A DNA stretch of 49,081 nucleotides from Octopus bimaculoides (GCF_001194135.2 NC_068982.1:22446376-22495456); one strand, 5' to 3'; positions 25,830 through 37,666 are shown, counted from the stretch's first letter. Notes: generated by a model from the letters alone, not told the origin. Numbers and translations: made by a program.

Positions 25830-26251
25830 TGTTGTTGGCACTCCGTCTCTTACAACGTCGAGGGTTGATCCCATCAATGGAACAGCCTGCTTCTGAAATT
25901 AACGTGCAAGTGGCTGAGCACTCCACAGACATGTGTACCCTTAATGTAGTTCTCGGGGGATATTCAGCATGACACAGTGTGACAAGGCTGACCCTTTGAA
26001 TTACAGGTACAATAGAAACAAGAAGAAAGAGTGAGAGAAAGTTGTGGTGAAAGAGTACAACAGGGTTCGCCACTATCCTCTGCTGGAGCCTCGTGGAGCA
26101 TTTAGGTGTTTTCGCTCAATAAACACTCATAACACCCGGACTGGGAATCGAAACCGCGATCCTATGACTGCGAGTCATAGGAGGCTGTTCTATTGATCGG
26201 ATGAACTGGAACCCTCGACGTCGTAAGCGATGGAGTGCCAACAACAACAAC
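25830..26251. mobile_element. SINE family D foldback chimera (minus copy 25830-26176 plus an inverted 3' end 26182-26251)
   Basis: The minus copy matches 35050-35430 but lacks the first about 35 nt of the head. It is followed by aggctgttc...ggaaccctcgacgtcgtaagcgatggagtgcc(aac)n, the reverse complement of its own tail. Confidence 0.88.
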
Positions 26252-26252
26252 A

Positions 26253-26620
26253 TCCAATTTATTGGCTAAGCATTTCCTCACAAAGTTTGGACATTGTTCC
26301 AGCTGAAACTAATTTTTCCAGATGCATAGTTATATCCAGGATCATAGTTAAAGGCACCTCTTTTCATACAGATCATATGTGTATAGCAGGGATCTAGCCT
26401 TTACTTGTCTTACTCTTTGAGCTTTCTGTCTAACCAGGTACTGTTGTGAGGTTTTGTGGTGTCTGTGTGCTGTCTATCCAGCAGCATTCTGTTGTAAACT
26501 AACCTATTGTTCACCAGGTGTTTCTAATTATCTACGGACAGCCAGTCTAGTAGTATTCTGCTTTCAGTGATTGTCACAAATTTTTGATGTCAGTCTCCTG
26601 AGGACACTGGCTAATTTGTA
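26253..26620 (-). pseudogene. Helitron Rep N-terminal relic
   Basis: Minus-strand reading across frameshifts: RR*LETPGEQ*VSLQQNAAG*TAHRHHKTSQQYLVRQKAQRVRQ...AFNYDPGYNYAS...VSAGTMSKLC..KCLANK. This resembles the Helitron AFxYDP..Y...IGxM..CxxCxAxKW region. Confidence 0.6.
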
Positions 26621-27340
26621 TAAAGGTGAAAGAAAAGGGGAGAAATAATGAAATTAAAGTGTAAGAAAGAAAGAAAGAAAGAGAAATTCTTCCCACCTCT
26701 TTCTTATTCATTTTTCTTCCACCCACTTCCATTTTTTTTTTTTTTACTGCTCAAAAAGAACCTACTCCATAATCCTCACACTTCTGTACATGATTAGAAC
26801 AACTGTCTCAGATATATTTAAATATTAAAATGGGAAAATTCCTAGGTAAGGGTCTGTCTATGCTTGTGTTTAATTTTGCCCTCGATCCACTGTCATTCCT
26901 TTTGTGCTGCGCATTACAGATACGAACATCACTTTCAAAATCATCGAAAGAAGAACAATTATAAACGGACACCTGCTTCAAAAATTGCAGCTCCTCTAGT
27001 CAGATTATAAATTCACAAGTTATACAAATAATCACATTTGTTTATGTGAGTAAATATCTTAGCAACGATCTGGAAAAGCTAGCATTTTCAAGCAAAGAAG
27101 AAGATCAATTAACATGGACTTAGCAGATACAATATCTGTATGTGGAAATACATAAGACTTTCCTAAAGTTTAATATGCAGCAATTATGTTTGTGTTTGCA
27201 TTATTTACATTATTTACATTTGACGGATATTTGTCCTCATCTTGTTTGTTGTTAACACAACCTAGGTAGGTAAGTAGGTAGCCAGACAGGCTGACAGATA
27301 GACACCCGAGTTCGATTCCAGGCAATGAACTGAATCATAA

Positions 27341-27531
27341 TCATCATCATCATCATCATCATCGTTTAACGTCCGCTTTCCATGCTAGCATGGGTTGGAC
27401 GATTTGACTGAGGACTGGTGAACCAGATGGCCACACCAGGCTCCAATCTGATTTGGCAGAGTTTCTACAGCTGGATGCCCTTCCTAATGCCAACCACTCC
27501 GAGAGTGTAGTGGGTGCTTTTACATGCCACC
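27341..27531 (-). mobile_element. SINE-like family C, 3' part with (GAT)n tail
   Basis: (atc)n-gtttaacgtccgctttccatgctagcatgggttggacg...ctggatgcccttcctaatgccaaccactccgagag. Confidence 0.9.
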
Positions 27532-27603
27532 AATAATAGTAATAATAATAATAGCATCGAAAAATACCTTAGGAATGAGAACCCAGGTTCGAAATTTCCC
27601 CAA

Positions 27604-27649
27604 GACACTTGATAAAGGCTGGAGGGTATATCAATCAAAACGTTGTGTT
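27604..27649 (+). ncRNA. Family F hammerhead copy 3 (core mutated, stems I and III intact)
   Basis: gacac TTGATAA a ggctg gagggtatat caatc AAAACGTT gtgtt. Confidence 0.55.
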
Positions 27650-27808
27650 AACAACAAACAAGATGAGGACAAATATCCGTCAATTGTAGATAATGTACAT
27701 AATTCCTCATCTCTTAATATAGAACTGTATGTTCATGTTTATTCAAATTCTACCAATGGAGATTCTGTTTCTTTGTTAGAAACTAGCTCCTTCCTTCTTA
27801 GTTGATAC

Positions 27809-28232
27809 CTCTTTTACTTGTTTCAGTCATTTGACTGTGGCCATGCTGGAGCACCACCTTTAGGACTTATTCTTTGGAAGCCTAGTACTTATTCTATCGG
27901 TCTCTTTTGCTGAACCGCTAGATTACGGGGATGTAAGCACGCCACCATCTGTTGTCAAGCGATGTTGGTGGGGAGACAAACACAGACACACAAGCATATA
28001 CACACACATACATATATATATATATATACATATATAAGACGGGCTTCTTTCAGTTTCCGTCTACCAAATCCACTCACAAGGCTTTGGTTGGCCCGAGGCT
28101 ANNNNNNNNNNTCCACTCACAAGGCTTTGGTTGGCCCGAGGCTATAGTAGAAGACACTTGCCCAAGGTGCCACACAGTGAGAATGAACCCGAAGCCATGT
28201 GGTTGGTAAGCAAGCTACTTACCACACAGCCA
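27809..28232 (-). mobile_element. SINE family A, near full length
   Basis: Tail, body, internal (CA)/(TA) repeat and head present; a short duplicated stretch around the 10-N gap. Confidence 0.9.
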
Positions 28233-28439
28233 ATCCTGCACCTATTAAATAAGATAAACCTAGTAAATGAGAGAAAAAAAATTATAAAACATACGTGCAT
28301 GCATACATAAAAAAACATATACATTCAAAACATTTTTTACATGCATACATTCATTCGTATCCATATAATATTTGCGTCGCATATATACATAGACACATGT
28401 AAGCGTACATATCAACATAACGACATGTGCATGTCATAC

Positions 28440-28565
28440 CACAGACATGTATATAGATACATCTTTACATACAGGCATACAAAGACACATATTTCCTGAC
28501 CTACCTACGTATATGTAAATATATATATATATGTATACAAATATAAATACGTGAGTGCATGTATG

Positions 28566-28659
<94 letters not shown>

Positions 28660-28905
28660 CACAGACACAGACAGACAGACTGACAGATAGGCAGGTAGAC
28701 AGACAGACTGACAGATTGACAGACAGATAGATAGATAGATACATACATACACACATACATACATACATACATAGGGAAGATAGATAAGTAGGTAGGTAGG
28801 TAAGTAGGTAGCCAGACAGGCCGATAGACATGCAGATAGATAGACAGACAGACAGACAGATAGATAGATAGATAGATAAAGATTTTTACATATGTACGTA
28901 CACAC
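28440..28905. repeat. TA/GACA/GATA/CATA compound microsatellite
   Basis: Directly visible. Confidence 0.9.
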
Positions 28906-29438
28906 ACACAAATACACGTACAATGATACATACTCACACACAAACAGCACATTACATATGCACATTCACGCGTTCATTCATTCATACATACATACAGGCA
29001 CAGACAAAAGAATATATGCATAGTTATCTACCACTTGACAATAATCATACGAGTTGGGTGATTCAGCAACAATTTACAGGTATTATCACAGGTGAATACT
29101 CTACATGCACTCCAATATGAAATACTATTCAGCAAATAGTTGAAGATGGTGAGAATTTTACTGTGGCATTGATGAAGACAAATAGATTAACTGTGTGGTT
29201 TAAGTGTGACACATTGCATTACCATACTTTGTATGGTTCTTTATACATGTTCATGGTATTGTGTTTCAGTGATATGTACTTATAAGAGCTTACCATTTGA
29301 AAGAAAATTGTAAACCGTATGTGTTTTGTATTCTGTGTGTTCTCTGCGTTTTGTATTCTGTGTGTTCTCTGCGTTTATCGATGTGTATGAGCATGTGCAA
29401 GCATGTATATCTGCACAGTGAGTTTGGGTGCATATATA

Positions 29439-29492
<54 letters not shown>

Positions 29493-29623
29493 TATATGTA
29501 TACATACATACATATATACATACACATGCACATATTTATATCAAATATATACATATATATATATGCATGTATATGTATATATACACACATACATTCATAT
29601 ATACACATATTAATATACATACA

Positions 29624-29675
<52 letters not shown>

Positions 29676-30189
29676 ATCCAAGAGAGTTAGGGGTTGTGAA
29701 TCCAACCCACTAAGGGATAATATCTATCCAATATACTGCTGGCAGGGTACCCAATTATTATTACACTAGTCTTTTTTACCAAATGCAATAAGTGGGTGTG
29801 AGTAAAAGGAGGTTTTACCCTAAATTTATATAGCAATAAGAAAATGGAGGGGAATATGTGATACTCATCAACTTGCAGACACTGTGTTATGTTAATTAAC
29901 CTATTTATTTTTCAACTAAAAGGACAATAAAGACAATATACAAACATCTTTAATTTTTGATTTTTAATTGTTGATATGACATAAGTGTGTCATATGTGTT
30001 TGCAAGTTGGTGAGTATCCTCCATTTTCTTATTGTTATATAAATTTAAGGTAAAACCTCCTTTTACCCGCCCCCACTTATTGCACTTGGTAAAAACACTA
30101 GTGCAATAATAATTGGGTACCCTGCCAGCAGTATATTGGATAGATATTATCCCTTAGTGGGTTGGATTCACAACCCCTAACTCTCTTGG

Positions 30190-30191
<2 letters not shown>
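29676..30191. mobile_element. 516-bp foldback MITE-like element with about 200-bp TIRs, flanked by (TA)n on both sides
   Basis: The outer 87 bp of the arms (atccaagagagttaggggttgtgaatcc...ccaattattatt) are exact reverse complements; the inner arms are more diverged; spacer about 113 bp. Confidence 0.9.
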
Positions 30192-30234
<43 letters not shown>

Positions 30235-30238
<4 letters not shown>

Positions 30239-31020
30239 CCTGGATGGTTCTTACCAATCATTCATCTATCCATACCTTCCACAATCACCACTAGATGAGA
30301 GAGTGAGACCTTATCATAGGCTTTCTCCATATCAACAAATACTATTGTGCAATGGTTTATTTTCGACTAAATGCTTCTCGTGCATTTGCCTTACTAAAAA
30401 AATAGCATCAGTAGTGCATTACCCTGGCACAAAACCAAACTGCATCCCATCTAGGCTAAATTTTCCCCTAATTAATAAATGCAATGACCCTTTCTGTAAT
30501 TCTCATGACCTGGAAAAACAATTCAATACCTATATAGTTACATCTGTCTAAGGTATCTCCCTTACCTTTGCAACAGTTGACTAAATGCCTGCTACATTAG
30601 TTGTTGGTTATGATACCTTTTCGGACGACCTGATTAACTATATGGGTGACTAGGCCATATCCCACTCCACCAGTTATTTTAAGCATCATGGCAATAATTC
30701 CTGATGGACCAGGGGCTTTTCCCATCTTCATATCCTTAATTACTTTATCTATCAGTTCAGATTGTTAGTTTTTCTGTTGGGTCAACATTAGGAAGACTTT
30801 CATTCTCCCAAGCATTCTCTACATTTAACAGCCTTTCATAGTGCCCCTTTCTTCTCAGAATTACTAAGTGCAAGCGTACTGTCAGCCATCTATACACACT
30901 TCTCTCTTACAGCATCATGATTATCTCGGACACACTATCTTGCACCCCAAATCACCTCAAGCCTCTGATCCTCCCATTACAGATGACTGACATACTTCTT
31001 CCTTTCTACTTCTTTCCTAA
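30235..31020 (-). pseudogene. RTE-clade LINE reverse-transcriptase relic (old, many stops)
   Basis: Minus strand: HYERLLNVENAWE...ELIDKVIKDMKMGKAPGPSGII..MLKITGGVG...KGKGDTLDRCNYIGI...MQFGFVPG*CTTDAIFLVRQMHEKHL...FVDMEKAYDKV. Confidence 0.9.
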
Positions 31021-31987
31021 TTAAATATGCCTTCAGTTCTAACTACCAAGTATATTAATTTACTTGGCTAGTATATTATGATTGCGAAACGAAATACTGT
31101 GTCCTTGCTAGCAATTACTATTTATGTACCAGTTGCCAGGAATTTGTTTAATAAGTGAATTGGTCTATCCAGATGTGTGACACTGCTAAACTTAGTGCAA
31201 TGTGACCATGGATAGTTGATGGATTGTTTGCGGTGCTGATGATAAAGCAATAACTCTTGAAATGTGCATGTACAATGATTATCTATTTTTTTTCTCTCTT
31301 CGATCACATTGTTTACATTGAGACATTCATTTACAAAATGTTATAACTTAGGGTGCTGGCTCTGAATTCTTTAAGAATTCTATGGAAAAAAATTAAAAGC
31401 AAATACACTGCACTGCTAACACAATATTGAATTGCATACGTTTGATAGTATGTTACGTTTGCAAAACGAAATACTGCGTCCTTGCCCCAGCTCCAGACTC
31501 AGCTGTGAACTTCGAACCTAACTGATGACCAATTATAGCACTTTCTTTTAATACCTACACACACCACACACACACATATATATTTATATATATATATATT
31601 CATATATATATNNNNNNNNNNNNNNNNNNNNNNNNNNNNNNNNNNNNNNNNNNNNNNNNNNNNNNNNNNNNNNNNNNNNNNNNNNNNNNNNNNNNNNNNN
31701 NNNNNNNNNNNNNNNNNNNNNNNNNNNNNNNNNNNNNNNNNNNNNNNNNNNNNNNNNNNNNNNNNNNNNNNNNNNNNNNNNNNNNNNNNNNNNNNNNNNN
31801 NNNNNNNNNNNNNNNNNNNNNNNNNNNNNNNNNNNNNNNNNNNNNNNNNNNNNNNNNNNNNNNNNNNNNNNNNNNNNNNNNNNNNNNNNNNNNNNNNNNN
31901 NNNNNNNNNNNNNNNNNNNNNNNNNNNNNNNNNNNNNNNNNNNATATATATGTATATATATATATACATATATATATACATATATGT

Positions 31988-32154
31988 ATCATCATCCTCA
32001 TCATCATCATCACCGTTTAACGTCCGCTTTCCATGCTAGCATGGGTTGGACGATTTGACTGAGGACTGGTGAAACCGGATGGCAACACCAGGCTCCAATC
32101 TAATTTGGCAGAGTTTCTACAGCTGGATGCCCTTCCTAACGCCAACCACTCAGA
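31988..32154 (-). mobile_element. SINE-like family C, 3' part
   Basis: Same sequence as 27341-27531. Confidence 0.9.
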
Positions 32155-32318
32155 ATACTGGTTAGTTTTGTTGGGCAGTTAGTCTATTACAATGAAACCT
32201 CTCCCCAGTGAAATTGCCAGCACAAGAACAAAATTTAATGTAAGACTTACTATCTTGCTTCTATTACCATCACATATGTATCAATTATTTTCACATCCTA
32301 ACCGATATATCTATTTTT

Positions 32319-32369
32319 GCATTCTGAAATGATTTACTAAAACTAATAAGTCGAAACGATCGTAAATGC
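32319..32369 (+). ncRNA. Minimal type I hammerhead-like motif with G8 deleted
   Basis: GCATT ctgaa-at GATTTA ctaaaactaa TAAGTC gaa AC gatc GT a AATGC: stem I 5 bp, stem II 6 bp (one G.U), palindromic stem III acgatcgt. Confidence 0.6.
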
Positions 32370-32640
32370 TACCTTCACTTTTGCTTCTTTCTTCTTTGTT
32401 ATCTAATTAAATTAAAGGCATACCAGCGAAAACGTCAAGTTTCCCCTTGTTATTACATCCATTTTCTTCTCCTATATAACCTAAACTACGGTCTACCAAT
32501 CAAACCACCTGCTACCGTACAACTTTACAAAAGACTGTACCTACCCAGGTAATAACCAGGAGCGACTTTGGATTTAATTATCCCTTAGAGGTATTAAACT
32601 CCTCTAACTGATACCTACACTAATATATATATATGTACAT

Positions 32641-32841
32641 GTTTGTGTGTCTGAGTTTGTCTCCCCACCGTCGCTTGACAACAGATGTTGGTATGTTTAT
32701 GTCCCCGTAACTTAGCAGTTCAGCAAAAGGGACCAATAGAATAAGTACTAGGCTTACAAAGTGTAAGACATGAAGTCGATTTGATTGACTAAAAGCGATG
32801 TGCCAGCATAGCAGCAGTCAAACGACTGAAACAAATAAAAG
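32641..32841 (+). mobile_element. SINE family A, 3' half, CpG-decayed
   Basis: cgcttgacaacagatgttggtatgtttatgtccccgtaacttagcagttcagcaaaagg...gactgaaacaaataaaag. Confidence 0.85.
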
Positions 32842-32879
32842 AATATATACATATATATGTATGTGTATAGATATATGTA

Positions 32880-32977
<98 letters not shown>

Positions 32978-33579
32978 TACATATATATAGTATATATGTA
33001 TATAATATTCCCTGTTTTAATCACACTAATATGTTGTAAACATTAAAATGATTCACATACTGAAACGTTTGGTAAACACGTTTCACATCATTCTATAGGC
33101 GTTTATATTGTCTCACTCCAGTAGACATCTTCCAGCAACTTACCTCTTATATTTCATTTATTTATTTGTTATATCAGTATGCTATCATCAACAAATTACA
33201 TGGTGGATATCCATTTACTTGAGATATAAGCAGTCTTTTCATATCTGAGTAGTTGTCCTCCCAGAGTTGACTATCTAAAAATATAAAGACTACATATGTT
33301 TTAAGTGTGTTAATAGGTTATAAAGATATTGGTATGTTAAAAAAGGCATGTGCTAAACATGCAGCATTTTGACCATTAAATATTTGTATCTTTTGTCTAA
33401 TTCTTTTTTGGTTTGTTTCTGTAGTATTTTTTATTCCTTGTTCTTCTTATATCCATCTCTTCCCTTTACATTTTTCTTTTCATTCATTACTCTCCCCCTC
33501 TTCATTCATTACTCTCCTTCTGTACAATTTTTAGGAATTTATAGTCATATCAATCGTCCCTCAGTACTTTTTCTTTCAA

Positions 33580-33858
33580 GGCTGGTACTTATTTTATCCA
33601 TATCTTTTGCTGAACCACTAAGTTACAGGAATGTAAAAACAACTAATACCCGTTGTTAAGAGGTAGTGAGGAACAAACACAGACCAAAAAGACCCACTTA
33701 CACACATACATACATGCATATTTATATACGACAGGCTTCTTACAGGTTCCGTACTCACAAGGCCTTGATTGGCCTGAGGTTATAGTAGAAAACACTTGCC
33801 AAAGGTGCTACACTGTGGAACTGAACCTGGAAGTATGTGGTTTACAACACAGCCACAC
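33580..33858 (-). mobile_element. SINE family A, degraded
   Basis: tgctgaaccactaagttacagg...gacaggcttct...tagtagaaaacacttgccaaagg...acacagcca. Confidence 0.75.
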
Positions 33859-33867
33859 CTATATCTA

Positions 33868-33922
<55 letters not shown>

Positions 33923-33931
33923 TATACGTTG

Positions 33932-34235
33932 TTTATAATTATAAGCATAATTATAATTAGAGATTAGCAAAATTGTTTCACCACATACTGAAATTTAGAA
34001 ATAGCACTTAAATACTATTCCACTACCATAATATATCTCCCAGACAGCAGTAGTGGAATAGTATTTAACTGCTATTTCTAAATTTCGGTATGTGGTGAAG
34101 CAATTTTGCTGATCCCAAATTATAATTATGCTTATAATTATAAAAAATTTTGTATTAGTTTACCGATAATGGTTCTTTTAACATACCAAACTACTTGGTA
34201 AAATTAATTATTAATTATTAATTTTACCCTATATC
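33932..34235. repeat. Long palindrome (about 95-bp arms, 23-nt loop, 33932-34144) with an AT-rich extension ending at (TA)n
   Basis: tttataattataagcataattataatt...aatactattccactac / gtagtggaatagtattt...aattataattatgcttataattataaa. Confidence 0.85.
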
Positions 34236-34307
34236 TGTATATATATATATATTTATTTTCTATTTATATATATATTTATATATATATATATATGTCTATA
34301 TTTATAT

Positions 34308-34348
<41 letters not shown>

Positions 34349-35049
34349 CACATATATGTATATATGTATGTATATATGTGTGTATATGGGTGTGTATGTG
34401 TGTATATATATATATGCATATATATATATATATATATNNNNNNNNNNNNNNNNNNNNNNNNNNNNNNNNNNNNNNNNNNNNNNNNNNNNNNNNNNNNNNN
34501 NNNNNNNNNNNNNNNNNNNNNNNNNNNNNNNNNNNNNNNNNNNNNNNNNNNNNNNNNNNNNNNNNNNNNNNNNNNNNNNNNNNNNNNNNNNNNNNNNNNN
34601 NNNNNNNNNNNNNNNNNNNNNNNNNNNNNNNNNNNNNNNNNNNNNNNNNNNNNNNNNNNNNNNNNNNNNNNNNNNNNNNNNNNNNNNNNNNNNNNNNNNN
34701 NNNNNNNNNNNNNNNNNNNNNNNNNNNNNNNNNNNNNNNNNNNNNNNNNNNNNNNNNNNNNNNNNNNNNNNNNNNNNNNNNNNNNNNNNNNNNNNNNNNN
34801 NNNNNNNNNNNNNNNNNNNNNNNNNNNNNNNNNNNNNNNNNNNNNNNNNNNNNNNNNNNNNNNNNNNNNNNNNNNNNNNNNNNNNNNNNNNNNNNNNNNN
34901 NNNNNNNNNNNNNNNNNNNNNNNNNNNNNNNNNNNNNNNNNNNNNNNNNNNNNNNNNNNNNNNNNNNNNNNNNNNNNNNNNNNNNNNNNNNNNNNNNNNN
35001 NNNNNNNNNNNNNNNNNNNNNNNNNTATATATATATATATATATGTACT

Positions 35050-35430
35050 ATGGCACTCTGTCAGTTACGATGACGAGGATTCCAGTTGAACCAAACAATG
35101 GAACAATCCACTCATGAAATTAACTTGCAAGTGGCTGAGCACTCCACAGACACATGTACCCTTAACGTAGTTCTCGGGGAGATTCAGCATGACACAGAGT
35201 GTGACAAGGCTGGCCCTTTGAAATACAGATACAACAGAAACAGGAAGAAAGAGTGAGAGAAAGTTGTGGTGAACGAATACAGCAGGGTTCACCACTATCC
35301 CCTGCCAGAGCTTTTTGGAGCTTTAAACGTTTTCGCTCAATAAACACTCACAACACCTGGTCTGGGATCGAAACCGCGATCCTATGACCGCGAGTCCACT
35401 GCCCTAACCACTGGGCCATTGCACCTCCAC
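35050..35430 (-). mobile_element. SINE family D, full length
   Basis: Minus-strand head gtggaggtgcaatggcccagtggttagggcagtggactcgcggtcataggatcgcggtttcgatcccag (A and B boxes). Confidence 0.9.
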
Positions 35431-35447
35431 ATATATATATATATATA

Positions 35448-35603
35448 TACAACAGGCTTCTTCCAGTTTCTGTCTACCAAACCCACTCACAAGGCTTTGG
35501 TCAGCCTGAAGCTAAAGTAGAAGACACTTGCCCAAAGTCCCACACAGTGGGATTGAATCCAGAACCATGTGGTTGGGCAGCAAGCTTCTTACCACACAGC
35601 CAC
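35448..35603 (-). mobile_element. SINE family A, head half
   Basis: acaacaggcttcttccagtttctgtctacc...gaagacacttgccc...cttaccacacagcca. Confidence 0.85.
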
Positions 35604-35774
35604 ACCTTTTATCTTTTACTTGCTTCAGTCATTAGACTGCAGCCATGGTGACGCACCGTCTTGAAGAATTTTCATCAGTCATATTAGCCTCAGAAACTTA
35701 AGGTACGTCTGTGAACTATGCGCAACACACTTATACAATATAGCACTGGCAACTGCAATTATGGTTGTTCAAAT

Positions 35775-36130
35775 TCATCATCATCATAGCTTAACATCCG
35801 CTTTCCATGCTAGCATGGGTTGGACAATTTGGCTGAGGACTGGCGAACCAGATGGTTATGCCAGGCTCCAATCTGATTTGGCAGAGTTTCTACAGCTGGA
35901 TGCCCTTCCTAACGCCAACCACTCCGAGAGTGTAGTGGGTGCTTTTACGTGCCACCAGTATGAAGGCTAGTCAGGCGGTACTGCCAACGGCCATGCTCAA
36001 AATGGTGTATTTTATGTGCCACCTGCACAGGAGCCAGTCTTGTGGCACTGGCAACAACCTCGCTCAAATGTCTTTTCACGTGCCACCGGCACAAGTACCA
36101 GGAAGGCGATGCTGGTAACGATTATGCTCA
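35775..36130 (-). mobile_element. SINE-like family C with internal tandem subrepeats
   Basis: (cat)n tail, C body, then three gtgccac...ggcaac...gctcaaatg subunits. Confidence 0.88.
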
Positions 36131-36938
36131 AGTTGTTCACAAGAATCACATTCATGACAATCTGATAGTCTTCAGCAAAATTTTTAGTATTATGGTCACA
36201 GTTTTTACTGCACCGTTTTCTCTGGAACCTTTCTCTTGGTGGACCCTGGTGAATGAAGACACATTTAAGGAACACAAAGAGTCGGCTGTGACTAAACTGA
36301 ATAGCAACGTTGTATACACTGACAAGAAGAAAACCATTATGTCTGTGAAAACCAAATGTTCACCAAATAGTTGATGTTTTTATAGCAAGGACAGACAGAA
36401 AACATCTCTTTTTAATTTCTATGTGATTTGTGTTGACTGGATTCATTTGAAGACTAGTAGAGTCAAACTATTTTTCTTGAAAGACCAGTAGAGTTTACTG
36501 ACAGGAAGAGCATTCAAGTATAGAATACTGCCTCATTAAATTTTGTCCGGTAAATAGTAATGACAATGGTGGTGGAGTTGCCGCCAGCAGTAGCAGTGGC
36601 CTCGGTGGTGGTGGTGATGATGATGAGATATATACATAATTTCCAAGAGAAAGGTTCACAATTATTTCAAAGTTTCAGTTATGTAGCATTCATCAGATAA
36701 TAAATTTTATAAGTATACTAGTATACCCATGTTGACAAAAATGTCAACAGTTTTATTAATGATAGAAAATAGTGCATCAAAACAATAGGAGAAACCATTG
36801 ATAAATGTCAGTAATCAAGTGGATATATGTACATACACAGACTTGAAAGCACTTGAACAATCGGATACAGTTTTAACAACTCTGTTGAAAATATTTTCAT
36901 CCATATAATATATGTATTTATGTGAATCATCCACTTTT

Positions 36939-36976
<38 letters not shown>

Positions 36977-37055
36977 TAGATGGCTGGGTGGCATGATGGA
37001 AAGAGGGAGGGCTGGATGAACACAGAAAGAGACAGGCAGGTAGACAGACAGACAG

Positions 37056-37103
<48 letters not shown>

Positions 37104-37190
37104 AAAGAGTGAGAGAGAGAATGAGAGAGAGAATGAGTGAGAGAGAGAATGAGTGAGAGGGAGAGACATGCATACATACATACAGACAGA

Positions 37191-37666
37191 GAGCCTCCCC
37201 CACAGACTCAAGATGGCTCCAGAACCTGGTGTATATGTTCCTCACTCTGTCCCCAGGAAAATCTTCCTACACTTTCTTGACTTTAGCCTGGGTGTGTTTA
37301 GGCAGAACAGACAGTTGGTGTATTCCTTAACTGAACTCCAAACACAGTACTTCATGAGATTACAATGAGGAGATTTCAGAGGCCAGAAATTGAGGCTGGT
37401 GAAATCTTAGAAATTCTCCAGCAACCATTTCTGATTCTTTCTGGAGGTATGGCAAGAAGCTGAATCCTGTAACCACATACAGGACATTCCAGCAGGGACC
37501 TTCTCCAACCAAAGCTTGACCACTGCCTCCAGTAGTTTCAGATAGCCATCTGAAATGTGCCTCAGGTCCTGTTCAAATATGTCGGGCAAGATGACATCAC
37601 CTTCACTCGAGATTTATCCAAAGACCATCGCATTTTGGAGGGCACTTGGTTGCCATGATGCCCATG
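37191..37666 (-). pseudogene. DD37D-type (maT/Bmmar1-like) Tc1/mariner transposase relic, copy 1
   Basis: GYLKLLEAVVKLWLEKVPAG..CMWLQDSASCHTSRKNQKWLLENF*DFTSLNFWPLKSPHCNLMKYCVW. Confidence 0.8.

Larger units (their letters stand above)
27200..27730. mobile_element. Family F element, inverted-dimer locus 1, with a nested SINE C
   Basis: Minus tail 27200-27261, plus-strand T-arm remnant ccgagttcgattccaggc at 27306, plus-strand tail 27532-27730 homologous to 40555-40735. Confidence 0.85.

Noticed and set aside
26920-27045. Candidate exon (cattacag ... gtgagt)
   Set aside because: Stops in all three frames.
28070-28143. Apparent tandem duplication of tccactcacaaggctttggttggcccgaggcta
   Set aside because: The copies flank a 10-N gap; typical unmerged contig overlap.
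31069-31485. 40-bp direct repeats 377 bp apart (possible mini-LTR element)
   Set aside because: No TG...CA ends, TSD or primer site.
36042-36374. 110-aa ORF
   Set aside because: The first third is SINE C sequence, and the rest has no recognisable motif or convincing splice sites.
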